Source: Amoebophrya sp. A120
Taxonomy: Eukaryota; Protista; Dinoflagellata
Direction: 5' to 3'
NCBI GenBank assembly: GCA_905178155.1
Contig: CAJINV010000001.1
Location: 10,906,311-10,970,310, forward strand
Length of the DNA: 64,000 bases
Of the stretch, positions 35,927 through 46,379 are shown piece after piece. Every line of letters starts with the position of its first letter. Positions within the stretch are counted from its first letter, which is position 1. Position numbers and translations under genes: made by a program. The notes beneath the pieces are model-generated. The model had not been told where the DNA came from, searched no databases, and worked only from the letters and a program-made list of their open reading frames with translations.

Positions 35927-37236
35927 ATGGATGATCATGATCCAGCAGCGCTCACCAGCGGTGCTGTGGCTGGAGCTGCTGCTGTCGGAGTAGGGCAAGG
36001 AGGCCAGGTTCTGCCGCATCTCCCCGTAGCGTCTTCCTCGTTTGGGAATTCGACGCCGAGTGGTATCAAGATGAAAAATCCCCCCTCCCCATATCAAAAC
36101 GGAAATTTGTGATGCTGATTTGTGGCCACAAATCAGCTTTGTATTGCAGAGAGGCATGGCGGCCAGGTCCCCAGGCTAGGTAGGGGCGTATAGGTCTAGT
36201 TGTTCAGCATGGCAAACGGCTCCCCTTTAGGCCTAACAGCATGACAAATCGCTTCCACAATGGGGCGGAAGCTTCTGCCCTTGTCTTCTTGCAAGACAGA
36301 TGTGATTTGTGACCTCAAACCCGCAGCGCAAATTTTTGGAAACATACCTTTTCCAATATGGGGAGGGGGGATTTTTCCTCTCAATAAGTAGCGGCGGCAA
36401 GAAGATCTACTACATCACGGAGGAGGAGTTGCGGCGCATTCAAAACCCCGAGCTGGTCTCGCAAATCAGCCAAAAGCAGGAACAGTACAACCCGCGGGCG
36501 ATTTTGCAGGACCTTTTACACAAGCATCCTGAACTGAGCAACCGCAGTATTACAGTGAAAAGTGCCCCCCAACCCTAAATTGCAAAAATTTGTGATGCGA
36601 AGTTTCCAAATGAAAACTTTTTGTCATGCATGAAAGAAGTATGAATCTTTCTGATGCAGAATGTAGGCGTGTATCGCATCGCTTGCATGACAAGCGCCGC
36701 TCTTGCTGGGGACTTTTGCAATACAAAGCTTTGTTATTCACGATTGAAAGCCTGTGATGCTGATACATGCAAGAGGGCGAATGTTTCATTTGGAAAGGTT
36801 TGCAATACAAATGCTTTCAAGTTCGGGGGTGGGGGCATTTTTCACTGTAATACGCAGTGCGACGGATGTGGTAGACTTTGACGTTGCGGCCGATCCGTTG
36901 CGAAATTTAGTCGACTTATCAAATGTAAAAATGTCTGGGTCTGGAAGAATGCAACTTGTCATGCTAAATCTGAAACATGCAAGAATCTGTGTTGCATGAT
37001 TACCAAAAGTCGTCCAGTTTTGAGCAAGTCGGGAGGGAGTTTCTCATGCAGGATAGGCATGAGAGTGAGAGAGGTCGCACAGAATCTGTCATGCTAGGTC
37101 CTGCATTCCAGACCTCATGGGTCATGGAAAAGCTGCATGACAAATCGCTCATCCTTCCAGACCCAGACATTTTTACATTTGATACGACTTATCGGACGAC
37201 AATATCATGTGCGATCAAAGCGTCTCACGAGGATAA
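35927..37236 (+). CDS. Hypothetical protein split by three introners (132 aa if it ends at TAA 37234-37236)
   Basis: Removing the elements at 36064, 36548 and 36917 plus one TSD each leaves exactly 399 nt of open frame. Confidence 0.7.
36064..36386. mobile_element. TIR introner, family C copy 1
   Basis: TIR TAT...GAAAAATCCCCCCTCCCCATAT; TSD AGTGG/AGTAG; frame restored (STPSGGGKKIYY). Confidence 0.9.
36548..36852. mobile_element. TIR introner, family B copy 1
   Basis: TIR TATTACAGTGAAAARTGCCCCC; TSD CGCAG; frame restored (SNRSATDVVDF). Confidence 0.92.
36917..37184. mobile_element. TIR introner, family A copy 2
   Basis: 31-bp perfect TIR TATCAAATGTAAAAATGTCTGGGTCTGGAAG; TSD CGACT. Confidence 0.93.
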
Positions 37237-37242
37237 GAAAAG

Positions 37243-37540
37243 TGTTAGCAGTACCGATAACAATCCACGACGAGGAACACAAATAGAGCCTAAGTACAAG
37301 GAATCTAGATGGTATCACCACCGTGGTGGACTTTATTCAACCAGTACCAGAGGTACTTGACAGCCTGAAACAGCATGGGTAAGCATCATCATCATTCATG
37401 TTCATTCTGTGAATGTGCACAGAACCAGGGTGGTAGTACAGATGATCATGTCATTTGAGATCGCAGATTTACATGTCATTTCATCACGAGAGCATTGGGA
37501 ATTCGGATCGATCATCATTTACATTCTGATCTCACCTACA
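37243..37540 (-). repeat. 3' LTR
   Basis: Direct repeat of 43048-43345 with a single A/G difference (37438 vs 43243). Confidence 0.96.
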
Positions 37541-37551
37541 TTCCCCCCCTC
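37541..37551 (-). other. Polypurine tract (PPT)
   Basis: GAGGGGGGGAA on the - strand immediately before the 3' LTR. Confidence 0.85.
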
Positions 37552-37886
37552 GGAATCTTCTGACATGCCTGCGACTCGGCACACAACTCAAACAGAGTTT
37601 TTTCTTTCAAACACGCACCAAGACCGTGGGTGCGATTGGAACCATCCGAGTAGCATCGGATTTTACAGTAACAGTAGTAGTACACATAGTAAAGCTGCTT
37701 TAGACCATATAGTTGCCCTGAACTACATGCGTCTTTTCTTCTTCTCCTCTTCTTCTTCGGTTTCGGCCAGTGCTGCGGCGAACTGGTACCCTTTCGGAAC
37801 ATGGCTACGGTGCGTCTAGCCAATATGCAGGAGAAATTACGAGAAATTTTCTTTGTAAGTAGTTTTAGTGTCAATGCCCCCTAGCA

Positions 37887-40800
37887 TCATGCAAATGATT
37901 CAGATTCCGACCCGGAATCCGACCCCCCATCATCCTGTTGGGAAGGATGAAAGAACCTAAGATAGGCAGCCGAAGGAAGCGCCTTCGTCAATGGGTCAGC
38001 CTTATTGGCCGCAGTGGGAACCCAACACAGGTCACGAGAGTGATCCCGAACCACATGGAACCGAAGTTCTATGTGTTTCGACCGTTTCGTCACTAGTGAC
38101 GACTTGGCCAAATCCAGGGCGCTACGATTGTCCACAAACGTAAGAGGTAAACTCCTATCAACCAGGAACCAATCCAGATACCCTTGCCCCAAGGATAACT
38201 TGATCGTGTCAAAGGTTGCAACATACTCAGCCTCGCAGGTGCTGAGCGCCTTAACCGTCTGACGCTTGCAACTCCATGCAATCGGGACGCCTCTGTGATA
38301 GAGAATCGACCCACTGGTGCTGCGCAGTGTAGCAGTGCACCCCGCGAAGTCACTATCACTGAAAGCAACAGTGTCCGGCAACTCATGGCCACCGTTCTTC
38401 GCGATTTCAGCATAGGTCTCACGCCACTGGCGCTCGATCTCTGGAGAGTACTCAAGACCTTGGTCTTTCGTGCCCTTCAGATATGCCAAAATCCGTTTGC
38501 CTGCCTTTACCGCAGAAGTAGTCGGCGCTTCCTGACCCCTTGCCACGCGTTGGGTAGCGAAGACAATGTCAGGCCGCGTCTGGTGCGCGATGTATTGCAC
38601 ACCCCCGACCAACGACCGAAGTGGGAAGGACTCAGCCGAACCCCCTTCACGCAGATCGCCAGCCACACAGGGCGAAGGTGCAGGCTTGCAGTCATCCATA
38701 TTGAACTTCTTGAGCAATTTGCTCACAGCCTGTTCCATGGACATCTTCAGCCATCGCTTCGGCCTGTCATACTTGACGACCATACCGAGAACGTCTCGAG
38801 TCTCCACGTCTCCGTCCATTTCTGGAGCGATGATCGTACCGGGAAACAATTTCAGGACCTTTGACATCTCCTCGTCCAGAGTCTTGGGACACGGACCAGA
38901 CATCAAAGAATCATCCACGAAGATGGCCATCGTGATGGTTCCGCTAGGCAATTCCTTTCGGAACAACCCGGGCTCCCTGGGACACATCACCCAACCGAGC
39001 GACTTCAGACCCTTGGAAAAACGGTCATACCATTTCCGTGGGGCTATCCTCAAGCCATAGAGCGACTTGAGCAGCATCACCAAGTCTCCTTTCGGCGACT
39101 TGCTCCAGTGTGCTGGAAGCCGAACGATCACCCTCTCATCAGTCAACGCCGCCTGGATGAAGGCATTAGTGACGTCGAACTGACGCAGGTGATGTCCCTG
39201 GGCCGCCGCTTCTACGAGTAGAAACCTATTGGCCCCCCCTGAAATAGTGGGAGAGTAAACCTCATGCGAGAAAACTTGTTTCTGCCGGTTGCCCAGCGCC
39301 ACAAGTCTACACTTGTACCTACCACACCGCTTGCGGGAGTAGATGCAAACCGCAGGAATAACCTCGTCCGTGGCCGGATCGAATTCTCCCTCACGTAAAG
39401 GCCTCCAGCATTTCAGGGCCTCGAGTCGGGTGCGTTCAAGTGTATCAGCCTCGATCCACTTGGTCGCATCCGGACCGCTGAAAGCTGACTTCTTAGTGAC
39501 CATCACTTGAAACTCAATGGAAACCTCATCTAAGGCGGAGCAGTACGAAGCTGCTGCCTCCTGTAAATCAGGATCCTCCGCAGATACTGTAAGCACTGCA
39601 CCCTGCAAAGACGACGTCAATCCGGATTCATCCTCCGAGGGTGACTCTTTCCGTCTCTTTGCAGAAAATTCTTCTGCCCCCCCTGAAGCCTTGCGCGTTA
39701 GCTTAAGAGCTTCAGGTGAAGAATTCTTGAGCTTCACCTCAGCCAAAAGCATCTGCACCAAATCCGCACCAGCAGGCTGGCGCTTTGGAGCTGCTTTTGC
39801 CTTTGCCGCGACCTGTTTAGGTTTACGGCCTGGCTTGCGCCAGTGTGGCTGAGCCTTGGTCCCGGGCTTTCGTCCCCGTTTCTTCTTCACAACATTACCA
39901 GAATCCGCCTGAGGCGCTGCAGGTAAATCTTGACCGACAGGGGCCGGGTCGGCAGGTGGTTGATCGTCCTCAGCAGGAGCCTCAGGACCAGCCTGATTCT
40001 CCGCCTCAAGATCAACAGCCTCCGGCGCGACCTCGTCACCGATCAAATTTTCCTCCTGCTGCTCCTCTGGAGGAGTATCATCCAGCATGTCAGAAGTTTC
40101 GACTGTATTCTTACCCTCCGTCACGGAACCACCTCCCTCGGGAACATCAGAAGCACCAGCAGGCGAGGGATCAGACTCACCTGGGGCCACCTGACTCCTT
40201 TCCTCGAAAATGGAGTCACCGAGCGCGTCGGGCAGTGTATACGGGACAAAAGTGCCTTTACTGAACTTTTGCAAGTCCTCAATCTTCCCGATTGTAATTG
40301 ACTCATCAAATGCGCACGCCCGGCATTCGATCACGGAAAAACGAATTCCGTCCGCACACCTGTTGTCTTGCACCCAAGTGCCAACTAGGTAAGTGCTGTT
40401 CTCAGTTCCATAACCAAGAAACACACCGCGGACGTATTTAGCGTCCAGCTTTCCACCAGGGACATGCTGCTTAGCGTAGGCCAGGCATCCGAAACGACGG
40501 AAATGCTTGGTCGACGCTTCGCGGCCGTGCCTCTTGAAGTAGGGCGAACTTTTTGGACCCTTCCGTGACACGCGAGCAAACACGTACGCCACAAACCTGT
40601 AGGCATAGTCCCAACAGCGTAGGTCTACACCATGCAGAATGCAACGCACCGCGTTACACGAAGTTTGGTTCCAACGTTCCACCTTACCATTCTGCTGTGG
40701 AGTGTAGGGCGCAGAATAATCCACGATAGTGGGAGGCCGTTGCTCAGCCGCAACCTGTCTCCACTTCGTATTCTGCCCCTTGAACTCGGGAGCGTTGTCA

Positions 40801-42569
40801 GCCCGTACCCGCTTGGGCGGTTTCACCGTTTGGCAAAACAACTCAAGCTTGGACCCAGCTTCTCCCTTTTCCTTGCATGGGTAGCAAAAGGGCCAGGACG
40901 TCAATTCGTCCACCGCATTCAAAGACCACTTGTTTCCCGAAAAGGAAACAGGAAAAGGCCCAACAAAGTCCCAAGAGACTTCGTCAGCGAATTCCTTGGC
41001 CTTGAGATGCTCAGGCCGAGCACTCTGATGCCCAGGCACTCTGCCTTTCATCATTGCGCACGCATCGCAGTGCTTGCACTTGACGCCATGCACTGAGAGA
41101 TGTGCAAACCGCTCATGCCAGAGCTTAGTGTCCTCTGCGGAAAGTTTATCACAAACCGCAGCGGGCTCGCAATGAAGACCCTTTTCCGTGTCCTGGTCGA
41201 CACAAACTTTGACCACTGAAGAATTCTCGACGAACTCGACAGGGAGCACCGGGAGCCGATTGACCCGACCGAAGCCGACCCAATCCCCCGAGGCCTTGTC
41301 GAGCACGCCGCTCTTCGGGCCATCAAAAACTATCTTCCTGCCATCGTCCTCCAGTCTGCCAACCGAGATTAGCAGTCCGGCGATGTCAGGATGATACAAC
41401 CCCAACCGGAGTCCCACCGTGTTACCCTTGAAGATGCCGCGCCGTGCTTTGACATCCAAAACACGATCGGCGACCTTCATTGTAACTTCTTCATTCGAGA
41501 TTTCTTCGAAAGCACCGCGCTCCCCGCACGTGTGATCCGAAGCCCCCGAATCCAGAACCCCAGAGAGGGACAAAACCCCCCCAGAATCCCTAACCCCCTC
41601 ACTTTTCACCGTGAGAACACTAACACAGGCCGAAGCCGTGCCAGCCATTGCCATGCAAACCACAGCGCTAGGCGCTGCTACAGAGCTACTAGAACTACTT
41701 TCATGCAAAAGATGCAAACTCTTTTTCTCGTAATCTTTCTTGTCTTTTCCTTGCTTGCCGTTTCCCTTGTTGTTGTTGTTGCCACCGTTTTTGCGCTTGG
41801 GACAATCGGACTTTTTGTGATTGCCACCACAAGTCCAGCACTTGAGCTGGTTACCCTTTTCGTCCTGCTTGCGAACGTTCGGAAACTTCTTCGCAATCAT
41901 AGCAACTGCCTTGTCGACAATACGCTGTGCCTGCGCCTGCTCTTCCTTCTTGCTAGTCACCAAGACGTGCTCGGTAACCTGCTTCGGAGCAGCCTTGTCC
42001 TGCGCCTCCTGTTCGCGAAGAGTGCCCACGATTTGCAAAGTGGAAGCATTCATCGCCAAGAGCGGAGTAACCAACTTTTTGGATTTGTCATCCAAGCCGC
42101 CGACGATACCAAACAACAACAATTCGTTAGTCGTGATGGTACCACCCAGGTCGTTACGCAAGTAATTGGACTTACGAGCGTAGTACCCCTCCACACTTTC
42201 GTCCGTCTTCTTGCTGCTGGTGAGCAACTGAGTCAGGGCGGAAAAGCGGGAAGACGCGACCTGGCTCCGGTACTTGCCCACTAACACGCGCAAGATGTTC
42301 GGAAGGTCAGTGGCATGCTCAGTCGTAACCAACTGCAACGGTTCCCCGTCGAGTTTAGTCACAACGTGAGCAGCCAGCTGGTTCAACTTTTCAACCTGTT
42401 CCGCAGTCAGTTGAACATTGGTCGCAATGCCAAGAGCGGTGTTGTTCACGTACTCTACGACATCTTCCCCGTAGCAGTTCAGGATGAGACTCATCTTGTA
42501 CAACCACGAAGAAAACTGACCCGCATCCTTACCGTTGAAGGTAGGAAGCTCCATCTTAAACTGCGCCAT
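37887..42569 (-). CDS. Copia Gag-Pol polyprotein (1560 aa from the likely ATG)
   Basis: Zn knuckle CWTCGGNHKKSDC; protease LDSGASDH; integrase WHERFAH..CDAC, DFVGP, DNAPEF, NGKVER; RT FDVTNAF, SLYGL, FVDD; RNase H SDSDFAG, EAEY, DNRSA, ADPLTK. IN precedes RT, which is the copia order. Confidence 0.95.
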   Translation of the reverse strand: MAQFKMELPTFNGKDAGQFSSWLYKMSLILNCYGEDVVEYVNNTALGIATNVQLTAEQVEKLNQLAAHVVTKLDGEPLQLVTTEHATDLPNILRVLVGKYRSQVASSRFSALTQLLTSSKKTDESVEGYYARKSNYLRNDLGGTITTNELLLFGIVGGLDDKSKKLVTPLLAMNASTLQIVGTLREQEAQDKAAPKQVTEHVLVTSKKEEQAQAQRIVDKAVAMIAKKFPNVRKQDEKGNQLKCWTCGGNHKKSDCPKRKNGGNNNNKGNGKQGKDKKDYEKKSLHLLHESSSSSSVAAPSAVVCMAMAGTASACVSVLTVKSEGVRDSGGVLSLSGVLDSGASDHTCGERGAFEEISNEEVTMKVADRVLDVKARRGIFKGNTVGLRLGLYHPDIAGLLISVGRLEDDGRKIVFDGPKSGVLDKASGDWVGFGRVNRLPVLPVEFVENSSVVKVCVDQDTEKGLHCEPAAVCDKLSAEDTKLWHERFAHLSVHGVKCKHCDACAMMKGRVPGHQSARPEHLKAKEFADEVSWDFVGPFPVSFSGNKWSLNAVDELTSWPFCYPCKEKGEAGSKLELFCQTVKPPKRVRADNAPEFKGQNTKWRQVAAEQRPPTIVDYSAPYTPQQNGKVERWNQTSCNAVRCILHGVDLRCWDYAYRFVAYVFARVSRKGPKSSPYFKRHGREASTKHFRRFGCLAYAKQHVPGGKLDAKYVRGVFLGYGTENSTYLVGTWVQDNRCADGIRFSVIECRACAFDESITIGKIEDLQKFSKGTFVPYTLPDALGDSIFEERSQVAPGESDPSPAGASDVPEGGGSVTEGKNTVETSDMLDDTPPEEQQEENLIGDEVAPEAVDLEAENQAGPEAPAEDDQPPADPAPVGQDLPAAPQADSGNVVKKKRGRKPGTKAQPHWRKPGRKPKQVAAKAKAAPKRQPAGADLVQMLLAEVKLKNSSPEALKLTRKASGGAEEFSAKRRKESPSEDESGLTSSLQGAVLTVSAEDPDLQEAAASYCSALDEVSIEFQVMVTKKSAFSGPDATKWIEADTLERTRLEALKCWRPLREGEFDPATDEVIPAVCIYSRKRCGRYKCRLVALGNRQKQVFSHEVYSPTISGGANRFLLVEAAAQGHHLRQFDVTNAFIQAALTDERVIVRLPAHWSKSPKGDLVMLLKSLYGLRIAPRKWYDRFSKGLKSLGWVMCPREPGLFRKELPSGTITMAIFVDDSLMSGPCPKTLDEEMSKVLKLFPGTIIAPEMDGDVETRDVLGMVVKYDRPKRWLKMSMEQAVSKLLKKFNMDDCKPAPSPCVAGDLREGGSAESFPLRSLVGGVQYIAHQTRPDIVFATQRVARGQEAPTTSAVKAGKRILAYLKGTKDQGLEYSPEIERQWRETYAEIAKNGGHELPDTVAFSDSDFAGCTATLRSTSGSILYHRGVPIAWSCKRQTVKALSTCEAEYVATFDTIKLSLGQGYLDWFLVDRSLPLTFVDNRSALDLAKSSLVTKRSKHIELRFHVVRDHSRDLCWVPTAANKADPLTKALPSAAYLRFFHPSQQDDGGSDSGSESESFA

Positions 42570-43047
42570 CGTGGTGCGAGCGAGATTAAGATACAGCTGA
42601 ACCTTGGCAGGACCTAAAGTCGCAAAATTGAGACAAATGTGACACAATTTCTGATACAGGTTGTAAACCACCCGGCAATTTTTGGAAGAGTAGAACTCGT
42701 CCGTTACCAGCACAGTCTTATGACTGCCCGCGCGGTACAAAAGACGCGCGCCAAGATCGTACACGACCTCAGTAAAGGACCAGCCGTCCATTAGTTTTAA
42801 GGGGTAAATTTTAGGGGTTAAACCGCTAAAAATTTTCTTTAAAATTGTAAAAACCAGCAAAAAAATTGCCACTACTACTACCGTAAATCAATCAACCTAC
42901 AAGGCGCAAACTGTGAAAACAGTAAACCTAAAAGTTGAAAACTGTAAAGTTCCAAAAACACACAACACAACCCAGCGCGATGCTGTCCAGTTGCCCCGTT
43001 GTTCAGTGTTTTTCCCTTTGAGCTTTTGGCTTAAAGGATGTCAAGAT

Positions 43048-43345
43048 TGTTAGCAGTACCGATAACAATCCACGACGAGGAACACAAATAGAGCCTAAGT
43101 ACAAGGAATCTAGATGGTATCACCACCGTGGTGGACTTTATTCAACCAGTACCAGAGGTACTTGACAGCCTGAAACAGCATGGGTAAGCATCATCATCAT
43201 TCATGTTCATTCTGTGAATGTGCACAGAACCAGGGTGGTAGTGCAGATGATCATGTCATTTGAGATCGCAGATTTACATGTCATTTCATCACGAGAGCAT
43301 TGGGAATTCGGATCGATCATCATTTACATTCTGATCTCACCTACA
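43048..43345 (-). repeat. 5' LTR
   Basis: Direct repeat of 37243-37540; AATAAA on the - strand at 43137-43142. Confidence 0.96.
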
Positions 43346-43887
43346 AAAAGCTAAAATCTGTTTGCCTTGAGCGATTTCTAAAAAGTATTCTCTTGCACTT
43401 TTCTTTGATGTTTTTGCATCACCCAACTGCATCGAAATAAAAGCACAGAATCAGAAGTGAAGAAGTCCGTGGACAAGTGAGAACGTGTTTTCTGCGTGAT
43501 CTGCGTGGTCCGCTTCCGAAACACCTGCACGTCGTGCGGATGACTGGACGCCAGCGGGCATTGATGGCTCACCGGTATAAAAAAAGATTTTTGCTTTTTG
43601 TTCTCTTTCTCAGTGGCCACAGTTGCTGCAAGAAGTTTACTTTAAGTACTATCAATCCGGTGCGGCTGGAAAGAGACAATCATTTTCGCTTCCAGGCGGT
43701 CGTAGATTTTAGCGTGACCGACTCACCGTATTCTCCGGAGCATGCCAGGATCGCGCCACCGCGAAACTCACGAAATGCTGCTTCGCCGTCGAAAATTGGC
43801 GCTACTCCCAACCACACTCAATTTGGGCGGCAACTGCAACAGAGGTAATAGCACTCGCTGTAGTTTTTTTTCGTCGACGAGTGCAGA

Positions 43888-44170
43888 TTGATGCACATAC
43901 AGCTCCAGCACGTGGTCAAGCGGCTTCACGACCTCGCGTCGTGCAAACTTCTGTGCGAAATCGAAAAGAATGATGAGTGCAGTGGTGTAGTTGTTGTGCA
44001 AAAAACAATGCAAAGGTTGGACGATCTTCCCCCATGTCATTTGCAGCTTTCGGCGGAGGAGTACAGCGCGTTGTTGCAGGTACTGAGCAACGATAGCGTT
44101 TTGCAGCGGCACAGCGTCCTTTCTTCACTGCGGCGGACGCTCTCCAGTAGCTCAGCCGGCGGGCCTGCAG
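43888..44170 (+). CDS. Probable internal exon of an unresolved gene
   Basis: Open frame bounded by a CAG acceptor and a CAG|GTAGGT donor; no recognised domain. Confidence 0.3.
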
Positions 44171-45008
44171 GTAGGTATACATAGATCGGAACTCGTCTTA
44201 CGCATGGGTGCGCCACCTGGGGTCGAAAGTTTGTGCTATATTGATCGCTTGTTTTTTTACTTGTAAGTAGTTTTTGTTTTTGTCAAAGTTATCCTTGTCT
44301 CAACATGACCAGGTATAGCCTCTGACTTTGGCGGGGTTTCCGGCTGCGGGGTCGACAGCTCGCCCAGTGCTGCCTTCCTGGCCAACGGAGCTGCTGGCTT
44401 TTCCGCCAGCACCTCAAAACGGAACCGGGCCCAGGCCACCGGGGTGGTACCGCCGATCGCAAGCAGCTCGTCATCAGCTACAGGTACTGTTTTTCCGAAA
44501 CAAGTGCCAAGACCACAGGCATTATGTATGACAAAAAGATATGTATGAGTCGATCGTTTTTTCCATCTAATCGGCGAGGCCATTTTTTTTCATGATGGAG
44601 ACTGCTGGAAGTTGAAGTCCATTCCTTTCAGGGCGGCCGTCGATGTCACCCGCCGGAGGAAGCTCGAGTTTGGAGGACGTCCCCACTGAGCCCTCGCGGC
44701 CTTCAAGTAAAAATCTCACGGCGCCGTCGGCTGCGGCGGCTACCAAGCGGAGTGCCCCGCCACCGACAAATAGTCCCGAGAGCGAGACACCCGACCAGCT
44801 GGAAGTCTACGATCGAGTGGATCACGAACTGCGACTCAGGTAGGAACGTGGGAGCAGATCAAGAAATGGCATGAGATTGTTCTGCATTTGCTCACGCTCA
44901 TCTTCCATCAGCATCCGTAGTGGTTTTCGTCAGCCAAGACGAAGAATAATTGTCACCAGTTTACTGACTCTCGAAATAAATTCTTACATAATGTACTACA
45001 GAACCAGT

Positions 45009-45410
45009 ATGACGACTGCGTCCAACTTTTCGGAGCCAGTCTCACCGTCTCCCCAGCACGGCAGCTACAGTCCAGACCTTCGGCGGGGCTGCCATAGTCC
45101 GGGCGACCTGCGCAGCGGACTGCGACCTCCTGTGTCGTCAGTGGTGGAATATCGCAAGGAAAAAGTGTTACAGTTACACATTGTGTTGCAAGACCGGCAA
45201 CACAGACAACCTTTCTCATGCAAGAAATGCTTGGGAGCCTCGTTTCCTTCCTGTTTTCCCTTCTGGTCTTCGCATCACAAGTTTTCTCTGCCACACAGAG
45301 AAAATCTGTGATGCAGAAACTCCAACAAATGTGTGACTGTAACACTTTTTTCTCGTGATATGGAAGTGTCGCCCGCTAGTACAAAGGTACAGACTGTCCT
45401 CGTCAGCTAG
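45009..45410 (+). CDS. Short coding segment or terminal exon interrupted by the family H element
   Basis: After removal it reads ...PVSSVVEVSPASTKVQTVLVS*, identical to the peptide of the empty duplicate at 46256. Confidence 0.4.
45150..45360. mobile_element. TIR introner, family H
   Basis: 33-bp TIR TATCRCRAGRAAAAAGTGTTACAGTYACACATT; TSD TGGAA; empty site at 46305-46309. Confidence 0.93.
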
Positions 45411-45448
45411 TGTGCAAATCAATTCGACTACTAACTACTAAGTCGAAA

Positions 45449-46257
45449 TATGTCTGCAGCTAAAAAAGTCAAAATTTTGACACACTACTGAGCGAGGCTG
45501 TTGCTTGGGTGTTCTTTATCGTGCGCAATCGTATAGAACGAGCGAAATCTTGACGCCCGACATGCTGGCTGACTCTCTCAGGTTCTTGGGTGTGTGCCCC
45601 CCTGCACCTGTTGCGCGGAGGAACAGGCCGCCAACTCGCATTACACATTGCCGCTTTTTGCGCCCCGTCTTGGGTCAACTTTGTGGCCCGAATCACAAAT
45701 CTGAGCCCCTACATCAGCAGAATGCCGTGCTGTGAGGGTTCAGATTTGTGATGCAAAAGGTGGCTTTCCGGAAAACGTCTGCACCTCGGCCACTGAGGTC
45801 CCAAGTGGAGGTGCAGACGTTTTCCGGAAAAGGGGGGAAAAGTGGGCCTCATAGCCCGTGTTTGTCTGCGTTCCGGAAAACGTCTGCACCTCCGAAATTG
45901 GCCTCCAGATGAGGTGTCCTCGGACACCTTTTCGGAGTCGTCCCGAGTCTCGGACCTCCGGGGCGACAAATTGCGGCCGCCCTTTTCGCACGGCCCCGAA
46001 CTGTATCGGGCTCAATTTGCAGGCAAAAGCCTGCAATTTGAGCTCATCCCCGAGTTGGCCTCCTCCGAGGCCACTCTTTTTGGACTAAAATTGCACCTCG
46101 CGCGGGGTCGTCGAGCAAACGACGCAGGAATGGATCGCAACTCCTCGGCCAAGTTCTCCAGCACGGGGTCCACGGCGCTCGCAAGCGGGCTGCAGTCCGG
46201 GCGAGAAGAGAAGGACAGAAACTGCACTACCAAAAATTTTGTTTTTTTTTGCTGCAG
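45449..46257. repeat. Hairpin-rich (foldback-like) segment bounded by imperfect inverted repeats
   Basis: CTGCAGCTAAAAAAGTCAAAATTTTG (45454-45479) vs the reverse complement of 46231-46257. Internal inverted repeats at 45692-45752, 45765-45830 (23-bp perfect arms) and 46010-46043. Confidence 0.6.
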
Positions 46258-46379
46258 TCCGGGCGACCTGCGCAGCGGACTGCGACCGCCTGTGTCGTCA
46301 GTGGTGGAAGTGTCGCCCGCTAGTACAAAGGTACAGACTGTCCTCGTCAGCTAGTGTGAAAATAAATTCGACTACTAAC
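46256..46379 (+). repeat. About 124-bp duplicate of 45096-45435 lacking the family H element
   Basis: Near-identical flanks joined through a single TGGAA. Confidence 0.92.

Larger units (their letters stand above)
37243..43345 (-). mobile_element. Complete Ty1/copia LTR retrotransposon
   Basis: Two 298-bp TG...CA LTRs differing at one base, 5-bp TSD AAAAG (37238-37242 / 43346-43350), a PPT, and an intact gag-PR-IN-RT-RH ORF. Confidence 0.97.

Noticed and set aside
37801-37811. ACCGTAGCCAT (- strand) matching the 5' half of the dinoflagellate spliced leader in the copia 3' UTR
   Set aside because: Only 11 nt and the 3' half does not match, so it is compatible with chance.
42570-42872. 101-codon N-terminal extension of the copia ORF from a GTG
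   Set aside because: Gag-like sequence begins at MAQFKMELPTFNG; the extension has no recognisable features and may be an open 5' UTR.
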